DNA from: an archaeon
GTDB lineage: Archaea; AGJL01; Methanococci; Methanococcales; Methanocaldococcaceae
Length of the DNA: 21,235 bases
Direction: 5' to 3'
Assembly (NCBI GenBank): GCA_024278985.1
Contig: JAJRSC010000025.1
Coordinates: 1-21,235, forward strand
Of the stretch, positions 1 through 9,944 are shown piece by piece (position 1 is the first letter of the stretch; the number at the start of each line of letters is the position of its first letter). The notes beneath the pieces were generated by a model. That model saw nothing but the letters and a program-made list of their open reading frames with translations, ran no database searches and had not been told where the DNA came from. The position numbers and the translations under genes were made by a program.

Positions 1-1
1 A

Positions 2-229
2 GGAAAAAATGCTATAACTGTTAGAAAGGGAGATGTTGTTAGAATAATGAGAGGAGATTTTAAAGGATTAGAAGGAGAGGTAATAAAAGTTGATTATAAA
101 AGATATAGAATTTTTGTAGAAGGAGCAAACAACAAAAAACAGGATGGTAAAGAAGTGCCATATCCAATACATCCATCAAATGTTATGATAATAAAATTGT
201 ATGAAAAAGATTAAAAAAGATTTAAATAG
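2..229 (+). CDS. rpl24: 50S ribosomal protein uL24 (L24P), 5'-truncated by the window edge; in-frame TAA at 212-214, likely true stop TAG at 227-229
   Basis: Not in the ORF track. Frame 2 reads [74 protein letters not shown], with the KOW motif ([15 protein letters not shown]) and the IHPSNV motif of uL24. Lies directly upstream of eS4 as in the archaeal spc operon. Confidence 0.95.
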
Positions 230-237
230 GTGAAATA

Positions 238-975
238 ATGGGTAAAAAAGGTCCAAAAAGACATTTAAAGAGATTGGCAGCTCCAGATAGATGGGAATTA
301 CCAAGAAAAGTTGCAAAATTTACTGTTAGACCTCTTCCAGGACCACATCCAATGGATGAGTCAATCCCATTATTGTTAATTGTTAGAGACCAGCTAAAAT
401 ATGCTGACAATAGAAGAGAAGCTAAAAAAATAATTAAAATGGGAAAAATATTAATTGATGGAAGAGTCAGAAAAGAAGAAAAATTCCCTGTTGGATTTAT
501 GGATGTTGTTTCACTTCCAGATGCAAATGAAAACTATAGAGTATTATTTGATAGAAAAGGAAGAGTAAAATTATATCCAACAGACAACCCAGATGTTAAG
601 TTATGTAAAATAAAAAATAAGACAGTTGTTAAAGGAGGACATATTCAATTAAATTTACATGATGGTAGAAACATATTAATTAAAGTTTCTGACCCAACAA
701 AAGCAGATGAAGATGTTTATAAAACAGGAGACTCTCTACTAATATCCATTCCAAATCAAGAAATTAAGGCACATATTCCTCTTGAAGTTGGAAAATTAGT
801 TTATATTACTGCAGGAAAACACGTTGGAGAAATTGGAAAATTGGTAGATATTGAGAAGAGAGGAATCTATCCTGATATTGTAACAATTGAAACACCAGAT
901 GGAGAGAAATTTAAAACAATTAAAGATTATGTCTTTGTTATAGGAGAAGATGAGCCAATAATTAAACTATACTAA
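238..975 (+). CDS. rps4e: 30S ribosomal protein eS4 (S4e)
   Basis: GPKRHLKRLAAP N-terminus, PGPH, DGRVR, QLNLHDGRN and GKHVG motifs; GGTGA SD at 229-233; operon position. Confidence 0.98.
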   Translation: MGKKGPKRHLKRLAAPDRWELPRKVAKFTVRPLPGPHPMDESIPLLLIVRDQLKYADNRREAKKIIKMGKILIDGRVRKEEKFPVGFMDVVSLPDANENYRVLFDRKGRVKLYPTDNPDVKLCKIKNKTVVKGGHIQLNLHDGRNILIKVSDPTKADEDVYKTGDSLLISIPNQEIKAHIPLEVGKLVYITAGKHVGEIGKLVDIEKRGIYPDIVTIETPDGEKFKTIKDYVFVIGEDEPIIKLY

Positions 976-987
976 GAGGGATAAAAC

Positions 988-1539
988 ATGAGTTATGAAG
1001 AATTATGGGAAAAAAATCCAATGTTAAAACCAAGAATTGGAAAAGTTGTTGTCAATTTTGGGGTTGGAGAGAGTGGAGATAGGTTAACTAAGGGAGAGAA
1101 AGTTATAGAGGAATTAACAGGACAAAAACCAATAAGAACAAGAGCTAAGCAAACAAATCCATCCTTTGGTATTAGAAAAAAATTACCTATTGGTTTAAAG
1201 GTTACACTAAGAGGAAAAAAAGCTGAAGAATTCTTAAAAAAAGCATTCTATGCATTTGATAAATAAGGAAAAAAATTATATGATTACTCATTTGATGAAT
1301 TTGGAAATTTCTCCTTTGGAATTCATGAACATATAGATTTCCCTGGACAAAAATATGACCCTATGATTGGAATATTTGGAATGGATGTCTGTGTAACTTT
1401 AGAAAGACCTGGATTTAGAGTTATGAGAAAAAAAAGAGGTAGGTCTAAAATTCCAAGAAGACATAGATTAACTAAAGAGGAGGCTATAGAGTTTATTGAA
1501 AAAACATTTGGTATAAAAGTAGAAAAATGGGAAGAATAG
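988..1539 (+). CDS. rpl5: 50S ribosomal protein uL5 (L5P), interrupted by an in-frame TAA at 1264-1266
   Basis: The ORF track stops at 1266, but the same frame continues [57 protein letters not shown]...[16 protein letters not shown] to TAG at 1537-1539. This is the conserved C-terminal half of uL5, giving 183 codons in total. Confidence 0.95.
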
Positions 1540-1548
1540 GGTGAGAAA

Positions 1549-1710
1549 ATGGCAAAAAAACCATGGAAAAAGAAATATGGATATGGAATAAGACCTTGTG
1601 AGAGATGTGGGCATGTTGGGTTTGGAATTATTAGAAAATATGGATTAAACTTATGCAGACAGTGCTTTAGAGAAGTTGCCCAAAAATTAGGATTTAAGAA
1701 ATTAGATTAA
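1549..1710 (+). CDS. rps14: 30S ribosomal protein uS14 (zinc-binding type)
   Basis: Not in the ORF track (53 aa). [53 protein letters not shown]; CxxC...CRQCFRE motif; GGTGA SD at 1540-1544. Confidence 0.97.
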   Translation: MAKKPWKKKYGYGIRPCERCGHVGFGIIRKYGLNLCRQCFREVAQKLGFKKLD

Positions 1711-1724
1711 ACAAGGTGAGAGTG

Positions 1725-2117
1725 ATGACATTATTAGACCCATTAGCAAATGCTTTAGTACATATTTCAAACTGTGAGATGGTTGGAAAAAAAGTAATTT
1801 ACATAAAACCAGCTTCTAAATTGATAGGGAGAGTTTTAAAAGTTATGCAAGATTATGGATATATTGGAAATTTTGAATATATTGAGGATGGTAGAGGAGG
1901 AGTTTATAAAGTTGAACTTGTAGGAAAAATAAACAAATGTGGAGCAATAAAACCAAGATTTCCAGTTAAAAAAGATGGATATGAAAAATTTGAAAAAAGA
2001 TATCTCCCAGCAAGAGATTTTGGAATATTGATAGTTTCAACTACTCAGGGAGTAATGAGTCATGATGAAGCTAAAAAAAGAGGTTTAGGAGGAAGATTAT
2101 TAGCATATGTATATTAA
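1725..2117 (+). CDS. rps8: 30S ribosomal protein uS8
   Basis: [28 protein letters not shown] and GGRLLAYVY motifs. Start moved to ATG 1725 because the track's GTG at 1716 is part of the GGTGA SD. Confidence 0.97.
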   Translation: MTLLDPLANALVHISNCEMVGKKVIYIKPASKLIGRVLKVMQDYGYIGNFEYIEDGRGGVYKVELVGKINKCGAIKPRFPVKKDGYEKFEKRYLPARDFGILIVSTTQGVMSHDEAKKRGLGGRLLAYVY

Positions 2118-2127
2118 GGTGAAAAAC

Positions 2128-2676
2128 ATGCCAGTTGCTGCTTATTTAGAAGAGAGAATAAAAATTCCAGAAAATGTTCAGGTAAGTATTGAGGGAAACA
2201 AGGTTACTATAAAATGTGGAAATAAAGAATTAAGTAGAGAATTTAAATATCCTAAAATAACTATAAAAAAGGAAAATGATGAAATAGTTGTCTTTTGTGA
2301 GTATCCAAGAAGAAAAGATAAAGCTATGTTAGGAACAATAGCTGCACATATAAGAAACATGATAAAAGGAGTTACTGAAGGATTTACTTATAAATTAAAA
2401 ATTAGATATGTACACTTCCCAATGAAAGTTTATGTTAAAGGAGATGAGGTTATTATTGAGAACTTCTTAGGAGAAAAACACCCAAGAAGAGCTAAAATAT
2501 TAGAAGGGGTTACTGTTAAGGTTAGTGGAGAGGATGTTATAGTTAGTGGAATAGATAAAGAAAAAGTTGGGCAAACAGCTGCAAATATTGAACAGGCAAC
2601 AAAAATTAAAAACAGAGACCCAAGAGTATTCCAAGATGGAATTTATATTGTTGAGAAAGCTGGAAAAGCTATTTAA
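2128..2676 (+). CDS. rpl6: 50S ribosomal protein uL6
   Basis: [19 protein letters not shown] and [12 protein letters not shown] motifs; ATG 2128 follows a TAAGGTGA stop/SD junction. Confidence 0.97.
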   Translation: MPVAAYLEERIKIPENVQVSIEGNKVTIKCGNKELSREFKYPKITIKKENDEIVVFCEYPRRKDKAMLGTIAAHIRNMIKGVTEGFTYKLKIRYVHFPMKVYVKGDEVIIENFLGEKHPRRAKILEGVTVKVSGEDVIVSGIDKEKVGQTAANIEQATKIKNRDPRVFQDGIYIVEKAGKAI

Positions 2677-2685
2677 GGTGGAAAC

Positions 2686-3099
2686 ATGGACAGATTACTA
2701 AGATTAAGATTTAAATTAAAAAGAAAAAAACCTGATTTTTTAAGAACTGAAGCTCATAGGCATAAAAGATTAGGAGAAAAATGGAGAAGACCTAAAGGTA
2801 GGCATAATAAAATGAGATTAAAATGGAAAGAAAAGCCTGCCGTTGTTGAAATAGGTTATAGAAGCCCTAAAGCTGTAAGAGGATTACATCCATCAGGATA
2901 TGAGGATGTGTTAGTATATAATATAAATGATTTGGAAAAATTAAATCCTGAAAAACAGGCTGCAAGAATTGCATCAACAGTTGGTAAAAGAAAGAAAATA
3001 GAAATTATTAAAAGAGCAAGAGAATTAGGAATAAAAATATTAAATATCTCTGAAGAAAAACAGGAAGAACTTTTAAAAATTGTTAAAGTTGAGGAGTAA
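2686..3099 (+). CDS. rpl32e: 50S ribosomal protein eL32
   Basis: [22 protein letters not shown] and ASTVGKRKK motifs; operon position. Confidence 0.97.
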   Translation: MDRLLRLRFKLKRKKPDFLRTEAHRHKRLGEKWRRPKGRHNKMRLKWKEKPAVVEIGYRSPKAVRGLHPSGYEDVLVYNINDLEKLNPEKQAARIASTVGKRKKIEIIKRARELGIKILNISEEKQEELLKIVKVEE

Positions 3100-3118
3100 T
3101 AATAGTTGGTGATTAAAC

Positions 3119-3568
3119 ATGGATGTTTATGTTCAAAGAAGAATTGCTGCTGATATATTAAAATGTGGAGTTGATAGAGTTTGGATAGACCCAGAGAGAT
3201 TAGAAGATGTTAAAGCAGCTTTATCAAGAGATGATATTAGAGAATTAATAAAAAAGGGTGTTATTAGAAAACTCCAAAAAAAAGGAATTAGCTCAGCTAG
3301 AGTTAAAAAATTAAAAGAACAAAGAAAAAAAGGTAGAAGAAGAGGACCTGGTTCAAGAAGAGGAGCTGCAGGAGCAAGAAATCCACCAAAAGAACAGTGG
3401 ATGATGACAGTTAGAGCATTAAGAAAGCTTTTAAAACAGTTGAGAGATGAGGGTAAAATAGAGAAGAGAGTTTATAGAAAACTTTACAGAATGGCTAAAG
3501 GAGGTTTCTTCAGAAGTAAAAGCCACCTTATGTTATATATTGAGGAACATGAATTAATAAAACAGTAG
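3119..3568 (+). CDS. rpl19e: 50S ribosomal protein eL19
   Basis: QRRIAADILKCG, RVWIDP, GRRRGPGSRRG and YRKLYRMAKGG motifs. Confidence 0.97.
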   Translation: MDVYVQRRIAADILKCGVDRVWIDPERLEDVKAALSRDDIRELIKKGVIRKLQKKGISSARVKKLKEQRKKGRRRGPGSRRGAAGARNPPKEQWMMTVRALRKLLKQLRDEGKIEKRVYRKLYRMAKGGFFRSKSHLMLYIEEHELIKQ

Positions 3569-3580
3569 TGAGGGAGAAAC

Positions 3581-4168
3581 ATGGCAAAAGGTCCTACATA
3601 TAGAGTAAAATTTAGAAGAAGAAGAGAGGCAAAAACAGATTATAGAAAAAGATTAAGATTATTATTATCAAAAAAACCAAGATTAGTAGCAAGAAAAACA
3701 CTAAACCATATAATTGCTCAAATAGTTGAATATGATGAAAAAGGAGATAGAACTGTAGTTTCTGCTCATTCAAGAGAGTTAATAAAATTAGGTTATAAAG
3801 GACATACTGGAAATTTACCATCAGCATATTTAACAGGATATTTATTAGGAAAAAAAGCACTAAAAGCAGGATATAAAGAGGCAGTTTTAGATATTGGACT
3901 ACATAGAGCAACTAAAGGAGCAGCAGTATTCGCCATATTAAAAGGAGCTTTAGATGCTGGTTTAGAAGTTCCTCATGGTGAATCTATCTTACCAGATGAA
4001 GATAGAATAAGAGGAGAACATATAAAGGCATATGCAGAATTTTTAAAAGAAAATGATGAAGAAAAATATAAAAAACAATTTTCAAAATATTTAGAAAAAG
4101 GTTTAGAACCTGAAAAATTACCTGAGCATTTTGATGAAATTAAAGAAAAAATAGATAACCTCTTCTAA
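3581..4168 (+). CDS. rpl18: 50S ribosomal protein uL18
   Basis: [32 protein letters not shown] and KGALDAGL motifs. Confidence 0.97.
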   Translation: MAKGPTYRVKFRRRREAKTDYRKRLRLLLSKKPRLVARKTLNHIIAQIVEYDEKGDRTVVSAHSRELIKLGYKGHTGNLPSAYLTGYLLGKKALKAGYKEAVLDIGLHRATKGAAVFAILKGALDAGLEVPHGESILPDEDRIRGEHIKAYAEFLKENDEEKYKKQFSKYLEKGLEPEKLPEHFDEIKEKIDNLF

Positions 4169-4177
4169 GGTGAAAAC

Positions 4178-4831
4178 ATGAGATTTAATATAGATGAATG
4201 GGAACCTAAAACAACTATCGGTAAGATGGTCAAAGAAGGAGAAATTACTGATATAGATTATATTTTAGATAATAACCTTCCAATATTAGAACCAGATATA
4301 GTTGATGCTCTCCTTCCAGATTTAGAAGAGAAAGTTTTAGATGTTAAATTAGTTCAAAGAATGCACAAATCAGGAAGAAGAGCAAGGTTTAGGGCTACAG
4401 TTGTAGTAGGAAATAAAAATGGATATGTTGGTGTAGGAAAAGGAAAAGCTAAAGAAGTTGGACCTGCTATAAGAAAAGCAATAGCTCAAGCAAAAAAGAA
4501 TATAATAAGAGTTAGAAGAGGTTGTGGTTCTTGGGAATGTGGTTGTGGAACTCCTCACTCAGTTCCATATAAAGGTTATGGAAAGTGTAGTAGTACTGCT
4601 ATAATCTTATTACCTGCTCCTAAAGGAGTTGGATTAGTTGCTGGAGATGTTGCTAAGGCTGTTCTTGGTTTAGCTGGAATAAAAGATGTATGGACAAAAA
4701 CATTTGGAGAAACAAGAACTACCTATAACTTTGCTATGGCTACTTATGAAGCATTAAAAAGTTTAAACTACACAAGAACTATGAAACACCAAAAAGAGAA
4801 ACTTGGTGTTTTAGAAGGAAGAATCTTATAG
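4178..4831 (+). CDS. rps5: 30S ribosomal protein uS5
   Basis: [30 protein letters not shown] and [11 protein letters not shown] motifs. Confidence 0.98.
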   Translation: MRFNIDEWEPKTTIGKMVKEGEITDIDYILDNNLPILEPDIVDALLPDLEEKVLDVKLVQRMHKSGRRARFRATVVVGNKNGYVGVGKGKAKEVGPAIRKAIAQAKKNIIRVRRGCGSWECGCGTPHSVPYKGYGKCSSTAIILLPAPKGVGLVAGDVAKAVLGLAGIKDVWTKTFGETRTTYNFAMATYEALKSLNYTRTMKHQKEKLGVLEGRIL

Positions 4832-4842
4832 GTGAATAAAAT

Positions 4843-5307
4843 ATGGCATATGCAGTTGTTAGAGTGAGAGGAAGAATAGGTGTAAGAGGAGATATTGCAG
4901 ACACTTTAAAAATGCTTAGATTACATAAGGTAAATCATTGTGTTATTGTTCCTGAAACTGATTCTATTAAAGGAATGTTACAAAAGGCAAAGGATTATAT
5001 TACTTGGGGAGAAATAAATAAAGACACATTAGTTAAGTTGATTTTAAAAAGAGGAAGACTTAAAGGAGATAAAAGAGTAGATGAAGAAAAAATAAAAGAA
5101 CTAACTGGAATGAGTGTTGAAGAGTTAGCTGAAAAAATAATAAGTGGAGAAATAAAATTAAAAGATACTCCTTTAAAACCAGTTTTTAGATTACATCCTC
5201 CAAGAAAAGGTTATGAAAGAGGAGGAATAAAAAAACATTTTAAAATAGGAGGAGCATTAGGATACAGAGGAGAAAAAATAAATGACTTATTAGAGAGAAT
5301 GATGTAA
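4843..5307 (+). CDS. rpl30: 50S ribosomal protein uL30
   Basis: [29 protein letters not shown] and GGALGYRG motifs. Confidence 0.97.
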   Translation: MAYAVVRVRGRIGVRGDIADTLKMLRLHKVNHCVIVPETDSIKGMLQKAKDYITWGEINKDTLVKLILKRGRLKGDKRVDEEKIKELTGMSVEELAEKIISGEIKLKDTPLKPVFRLHPPRKGYERGGIKKHFKIGGALGYRGEKINDLLERMM

Positions 5308-5319
5308 TTGGTGAAAACA

Positions 5320-5751
5320 ATGATTAGAAAAAGAAGAAAAGTAAAAAAATATAGAGGTTCAAGAACCTGTGGAGGAGGAAGTCATAAAAAAAGAAGAGGA
5401 GCAGGAAATAGAGGAGGAAGAGGATTAGCTGGAGGACATAAACATAAATGGACATGGATAATTAAATATGAACCTGACCACTTTGGAAAGTATGGATTTA
5501 AAAGACACCCAAGTATTGTAAAGGACTTGGAAACAATTAATGTTTATGAATTAGAAGAATTAATTTTAAAAAATCCTGATAAATTTGCAAAAGATGGAGA
5601 TAAGTATATAGTAGATGTAACTGAGTTAGGTTATGAAAAAGTATTAGGAAGAGGTAAAATAACCATTCCAATGATTGTTAAAGCTATAGAGTTTTCAGAA
5701 AAAGCTAAAGAAAAAATAATATCTGCTGGTGGAGATGTTGTGGAATTATAA
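5320..5751 (+). CDS. rpl15: 50S ribosomal protein uL15
   Basis: [28 protein letters not shown] and KVLGRG motifs; ATG 5320 downstream of GGTGA SD. Confidence 0.97.
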   Translation: MIRKRRKVKKYRGSRTCGGGSHKKRRGAGNRGGRGLAGGHKHKWTWIIKYEPDHFGKYGFKRHPSIVKDLETINVYELEELILKNPDKFAKDGDKYIVDVTELGYEKVLGRGKITIPMIVKAIEFSEKAKEKIISAGGDVVEL

Positions 5752-5760
5752 ATATTTGTA

Positions 5761-5810
5761 TCTTTTTTCTTGTAGTATAAAAAATGAAAAACTAATTCTT
5801 TTTTATTTTT
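5761..5810 (+). terminator. Putative oligo-T archaeal terminator(s) after rpl15
   Basis: TCTTTTTTCT at 5761-5770 and TTCTTTTTTATTTT near 5796-5810, just after the rpl15 stop and in the only long gap of the operon. Confidence 0.4.
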
Positions 5811-5811
5811 A

Positions 5812-5850
5812 AACTAAAATTTTATAATACTTCATCTATATAATATATAA
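5812..5850 (+). promoter_or_regulatory. Putative BRE/TATA promoter for secY-adkA-DUF106
   Basis: AAAATTTTATAATA followed by TATATAATATATAAA, about 35-65 bp upstream of the secY start. The region is very AT-rich, so the match is weak. Confidence 0.4.
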
Positions 5851-5883
5851 ACCTATACACTTAGCAGGTAACAGGTGATAATA

Positions 5884-7206
5884 TTGAAAGAATTTTTAAA
5901 AAGTTTAGTTCCAATCTTAGAAAAAATTCCTGAAGTTGAAAATCCAATTAAAGAAATTCCTTTTAAAGATAAATTAAAATGGACAGGATTAGTTTTAATA
6001 CTCTATTTTATTATGGGGACAATAGATATATATACTGCTGGAGCTCAAATTCCAGCAATATTTGAATTTTGGCAAACAATTACAGCATCAAGGATTGGAA
6101 CTTTAATAACTTTAGGGATTGGTCCTATTGTTACTGCAGGAATTATTATGCAGCTTTTAGTTGGGGCAGGAATTTTAAATTTAGATTTATCTCAACATGA
6201 AGATAGGGCACTTTTTCAAGGAACACAAAAATTGTTATCTATTATATTAAGTTTTGTAGAAGCAGCGTTATTTGTAGGAGCTGGAGCTTTTGGACCATTA
6301 CCATTAATGTTAGCTTTGTTAGTCATTGTTCAGATAGCCATAGGTTCTATACTTTTAATATATTTGGATGAGGTAGTTACAAAATATGGAATAGGTTCTG
6401 GAATTGGTTTATTTATTGTAGCTGGAGTTTCACAGACTATTTTTGTCGGAGCATTTGGTCCAGAAGGATATGTATGGAAATTTTTCAAATCATTATTAAA
6501 TGGAATGCCTGATATAACTTATTTACTCCCAATATTAGGGACAATTATAGTATTTTTAATGGCTGTATATGCTGAATCTATGAGAGTTGAGATTCCTTTA
6601 GCCCATGGGAGAGTTAAAGGTTTAGTGGCAAGATATCCAATAAAGTTTGTATATGTTTCTAACATGCCAGTTATATTAACTTCAGCATTATTTGCAAATA
6701 TTCAACTTTGGGGATTGGCATTATATAAAGCAGGTTTTCCAATTTTTGGGGAATATGTTAATGGTATGCCAATTAATGGGATTGCTTACTACTTATCAGC
6801 ACCGTATAGCATAACTCAAGTACTTGCTGACCCTATAAGAGCAATTATTTATATGTTAGCTATGATAATATTCTGTATATTATTTGGAATATTTTGGGTT
6901 GAAACTTCTGGATTAGATGCTAAGTCTATGGCTAAAAGATTAAGTTCTTTAAATATGGCAATAAAAGGATTTAGAAAAAGTTATAAAGCAATAGAACAAA
7001 GATTAAAAAGATACATATTCCCAATAACAGTAATGAGTTCTGCATTTGTTGGATTTTTGGCAGCATTTGCTAACTTTCTTGGAGCATTAGGTGGAGGAAC
7101 TGGAGTTTTATTAACTGTATCTATTGTTTATAGAATGTATGAACAAATCTTAAAAGACCAAATAACAGAACTGCATCCAATTTTATCCAAATTCTTAAAA
7201 AAATAA
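5884..7206 (+). CDS. secY: Preprotein translocase subunit SecY (Sec61 alpha)
   Basis: Multiple TM helices; LGIGPIVTAGIIMQLL, KYGIGSGIGLFI, YPIKFVYVSNMPVIL and GGGTGVLLTVSI motifs. Start set at TTG 5884 after GGTGA (5874-5878); exact start uncertain. Confidence 0.97.
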   Translation: MKEFLKSLVPILEKIPEVENPIKEIPFKDKLKWTGLVLILYFIMGTIDIYTAGAQIPAIFEFWQTITASRIGTLITLGIGPIVTAGIIMQLLVGAGILNLDLSQHEDRALFQGTQKLLSIILSFVEAALFVGAGAFGPLPLMLALLVIVQIAIGSILLIYLDEVVTKYGIGSGIGLFIVAGVSQTIFVGAFGPEGYVWKFFKSLLNGMPDITYLLPILGTIIVFLMAVYAESMRVEIPLAHGRVKGLVARYPIKFVYVSNMPVILTSALFANIQLWGLALYKAGFPIFGEYVNGMPINGIAYYLSAPYSITQVLADPIRAIIYMLAMIIFCILFGIFWVETSGLDAKSMAKRLSSLNMAIKGFRKSYKAIEQRLKRYIFPITVMSSAFVGFLAAFANFLGALGGGTGVLLTVSIVYRMYEQILKDQITELHPILSKFLKK

Positions 7207-7214
7207 TTTTTTAG

Positions 7215-7793
<579 letters not shown>

Positions 7794-7808
7794 TATAGGT
7801 GGAATTAG

Positions 7809-8390
7809 ATGCTTGAATTTTTTTATAATTTTTTAGACAGTATTTTTTTACCATTAATAAAAAATTTTCATCCTGCATTATCAATATTGATAATTGCCTT
7901 TATTGTTTCCTTAATAACAACTGTAGCAACTAAGTTATTAGTTGACCAGGAAAGAGTTGCTAAAATAAAGGAAGAATTAAAAAATTATCAAAAAAAAATT
8001 AAGTTAGCACAAAAAGACCCAAAAATGTTAGAAGAGTTGCAAAAAGAACAGGAAAAAATGTTAAAATTAAACACTGAATTAATGAAAATGAGTTTTAAAC
8101 CTATGTTATATACTTGGATACCAATAATATTAATATTTATATACTTAAAACATGTATATGGTTATGATGGGCTATATCATCAATTATATCCTAACTGGAA
8201 TGGTGTTGTTGTTTATTTACCCACTATAATTGCAAAAATTATATTGTTAGATTTTTGGCATTGGTTAGGTAGTTTATTTTATAAAGTAGGGTTTCCAATA
8301 GTAAAAAATGCCCTTGGATGGCTTGGTTGGTATATTTTAAGTTCAATGGCTACCTCAACAGTTTTAAGAAAAATATTTGGAATAAAATAA
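7809..8390 (+). CDS. EMC3/TMCO1-family (DUF106) membrane protein, Oxa1/YidC superfamily
   Basis: TM1, coiled coil ([15 protein letters not shown]...), [11 protein letters not shown], and C-terminal [10 protein letters not shown]...LRK; conserved position after secY-adk in archaea. Confidence 0.88.
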   Translation: MLEFFYNFLDSIFLPLIKNFHPALSILIIAFIVSLITTVATKLLVDQERVAKIKEELKNYQKKIKLAQKDPKMLEELQKEQEKMLKLNTELMKMSFKPMLYTWIPIILIFIYLKHVYGYDGLYHQLYPNWNGVVVYLPTIIAKIILLDFWHWLGSLFYKVGFPIVKNALGWLGWYILSSMATSTVLRKIFGIK

Positions 8391-8394
8391 AAAA

Positions 8395-8410
8395 GTTTTT
8401 CTCTTTTTAT
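8395..8410 (+). terminator. Putative oligo-T terminator after the DUF106 gene
   Basis: GTTTTTCTCTTTTTAT immediately after the stop codon. Confidence 0.35.
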
Positions 8411-8428
8411 TTATTAGGGAGAGATAAT

Positions 8429-9181
8429 ATGATTATTGAAAAGATTATAAAAAATACTAAAAGATTAATTAAAAATAAAGATTTTGAAATATTGGACTTT
8501 TCATTTTCATTACCTTACACTTATGTATATTTATCTTGTGAAAAAAAGGAGTCTCTTGGAGTAGCAATGACACTAGTGGAGGAATATAAATATAAAAAAG
8601 ATAAGATTTTTTTAAAAGATATTGATGATTTTATAGAAAATGCTAACTCATTAGATATTACATATAGAACTTTAGGTTTAGCGACAATAAATGCAATTTC
8701 TCAATATTTTATTAAACTTAAAGAAGAAAATTTTAGAATAGATATAATTTCAATTTTAAAACAATATGATATAAAAAATTTAGGTATGATTGGGTATATG
8801 AAACCTCTTTTAAAAATATTAAAGGATTATAATTTATATATATTTGAGAGAAACCCTACATTAAAAGATGAAAATGTTATAAGTGATTCCTTAGAATATA
8901 ATCTTTTACCAAAAATGGATGCATTATTAATTAGTGGAACATCTTTATTAAATAGTACTATAGATATGATTTTAGATAGAGGAAAAAATGCCAAAATTAA
9001 AATGTTAGTAGGTCCAACTGCTCAAGTTTTGCCCTTTGAAGATGTTGAATATTTTGCATCAATATATATTCCAAATCCAAAACAAACATTATATTATTTA
9101 AAACTTGGTTCATCTTATGGAATTTTTAGATTAGGTAAGAAGTATGTTATTAATTCATTTGGTTTAAAGAATAGTTTATAA
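8429..9181 (+). CDS. DUF364/DUF4213 Rossmann-like protein (putative heavy-metal chelation family)
   Basis: RTLGLATINAISQ, GMIGYMKP, IFERNP, ISGTSLLNSTID and LVGPTAQ are typical of DUF364. ATG 8429 follows GGGAG SD; the track's 8318 start overlaps the previous gene. Confidence 0.8.
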   Translation: MIIEKIIKNTKRLIKNKDFEILDFSFSLPYTYVYLSCEKKESLGVAMTLVEEYKYKKDKIFLKDIDDFIENANSLDITYRTLGLATINAISQYFIKLKEENFRIDIISILKQYDIKNLGMIGYMKPLLKILKDYNLYIFERNPTLKDENVISDSLEYNLLPKMDALLISGTSLLNSTIDMILDRGKNAKIKMLVGPTAQVLPFEDVEYFASIYIPNPKQTLYYLKLGSSYGIFRLGKKYVINSFGLKNSL

Positions 9182-9939
9182 TCAATTTCTCTCTCTCCTA
9201 TTATTTGATTATTACATTTTTTTAAATAATTACCAATATTTAGTAATAATCTAACTTCATTATAAAATGATAACTTTCTAAAATGTTCTCTTCTATTTAA
9301 TTCATAAAGGTATTCTATAATAATATGCTCATTTTCATTATTAGATTTGTAAATATTAATATTAAACTTACTACCAAAAATTTCATTACATTTTTCAATA
9401 ATCTCTAAAAAAGAACTACTATTAAATATATACTCTCCCCATTCATCTCTTTCTTCCCATAAAATATATGTATCATTGAATAGTTTTGTTTTACTGTTAT
9501 TTTCCATTCCCTCCTCTAAAAATTTCTCAAAACTGTCAAAATATAACTCTTTTATTAAATTTTTAACATTATTTAATTCTTTTTTATTTGGTGTTTTTCT
9601 AATTATTCCCTTACAATAATGTTTAATTATTAATAGTGGAGAACCATCCCATTTAACCATTAAACTATATGGAAATATTCTACACATTAGAGGTTTATAC
9701 TCATAACCTTTCTCTAAATGTATTTTACATAAATTATTTTCTAATAGAATACAACCTCTACTGTTAATTTTTGTTCTATATTTAAAAAAGTTATTACACT
9801 CTTCAATAGCATATTTATAATCTTTTAATCTTATAAAATCAAAATAATTTAAATAAATTCTCCAATTTTCACATGAACAACAATAACCACAAAGAGTGCA
9901 TTTATAACCTCTATTTTTAAATGTTGTAATCCACTTCAT
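9115..9939 (-). CDS. YkgJ-family (CxxCxxCC) cysteine-cluster protein
   Basis: CTLCGYCC...CILLENNLCKIH...KPLMCRIFPY...C pattern of the YkgJ/FliB putative Zn/Fe-binding domain, plus an unassigned C-terminal half. Confidence 0.82.
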   Translation of the reverse strand: MKWITTFKNRGYKCTLCGYCCSCENWRIYLNYFDFIRLKDYKYAIEECNNFFKYRTKINSRGCILLENNLCKIHLEKGYEYKPLMCRIFPYSLMVKWDGSPLLIIKHYCKGIIRKTPNKKELNNVKNLIKELYFDSFEKFLEEGMENNSKTKLFNDTYILWEERDEWGEYIFNSSSFLEIIEKCNEIFGSKFNINIYKSNNENEHIIIEYLYELNRREHFRKLSFYNEVRLLLNIGNYLKKCNNQIIGEREIDYKLFFKPNELITYFLPNLKIP

Positions 9940-9944
9940 AATTT

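Noticed and set aside
222-410. 62-aa minus-strand ORF
   Set aside because: Antisense shadow of rps4e; no motif or SD.
988-1539. Naturally split uL5, selenocysteine/pyrrolysine recoding, or genome-wide TAA reassignment
   Set aside because: There is no in-frame restart until ATG 1363, which would drop the conserved GNFSFG motif. The codon is UAA, not UGA or UAG. TAA is the ordinary stop of most genes here.
2178-2360. 60-aa minus-strand ORF
   Set aside because: Antisense shadow of rpl6.
3612-3911. 99-aa hydrophobic minus-strand ORF
   Set aside because: Antisense to rpl18; the Leu/Phe richness comes from the A-rich sense strand.
4370-4558. 62-aa Ser/Thr-rich minus-strand ORF
   Set aside because: Antisense shadow of rps5.
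8391-8428. Absence of rpl34e-cmk-rpl14e after the DUF106 gene
   Set aside because: As I recall, these genes lie elsewhere in Methanocaldococcus; this is not evidence of loss.
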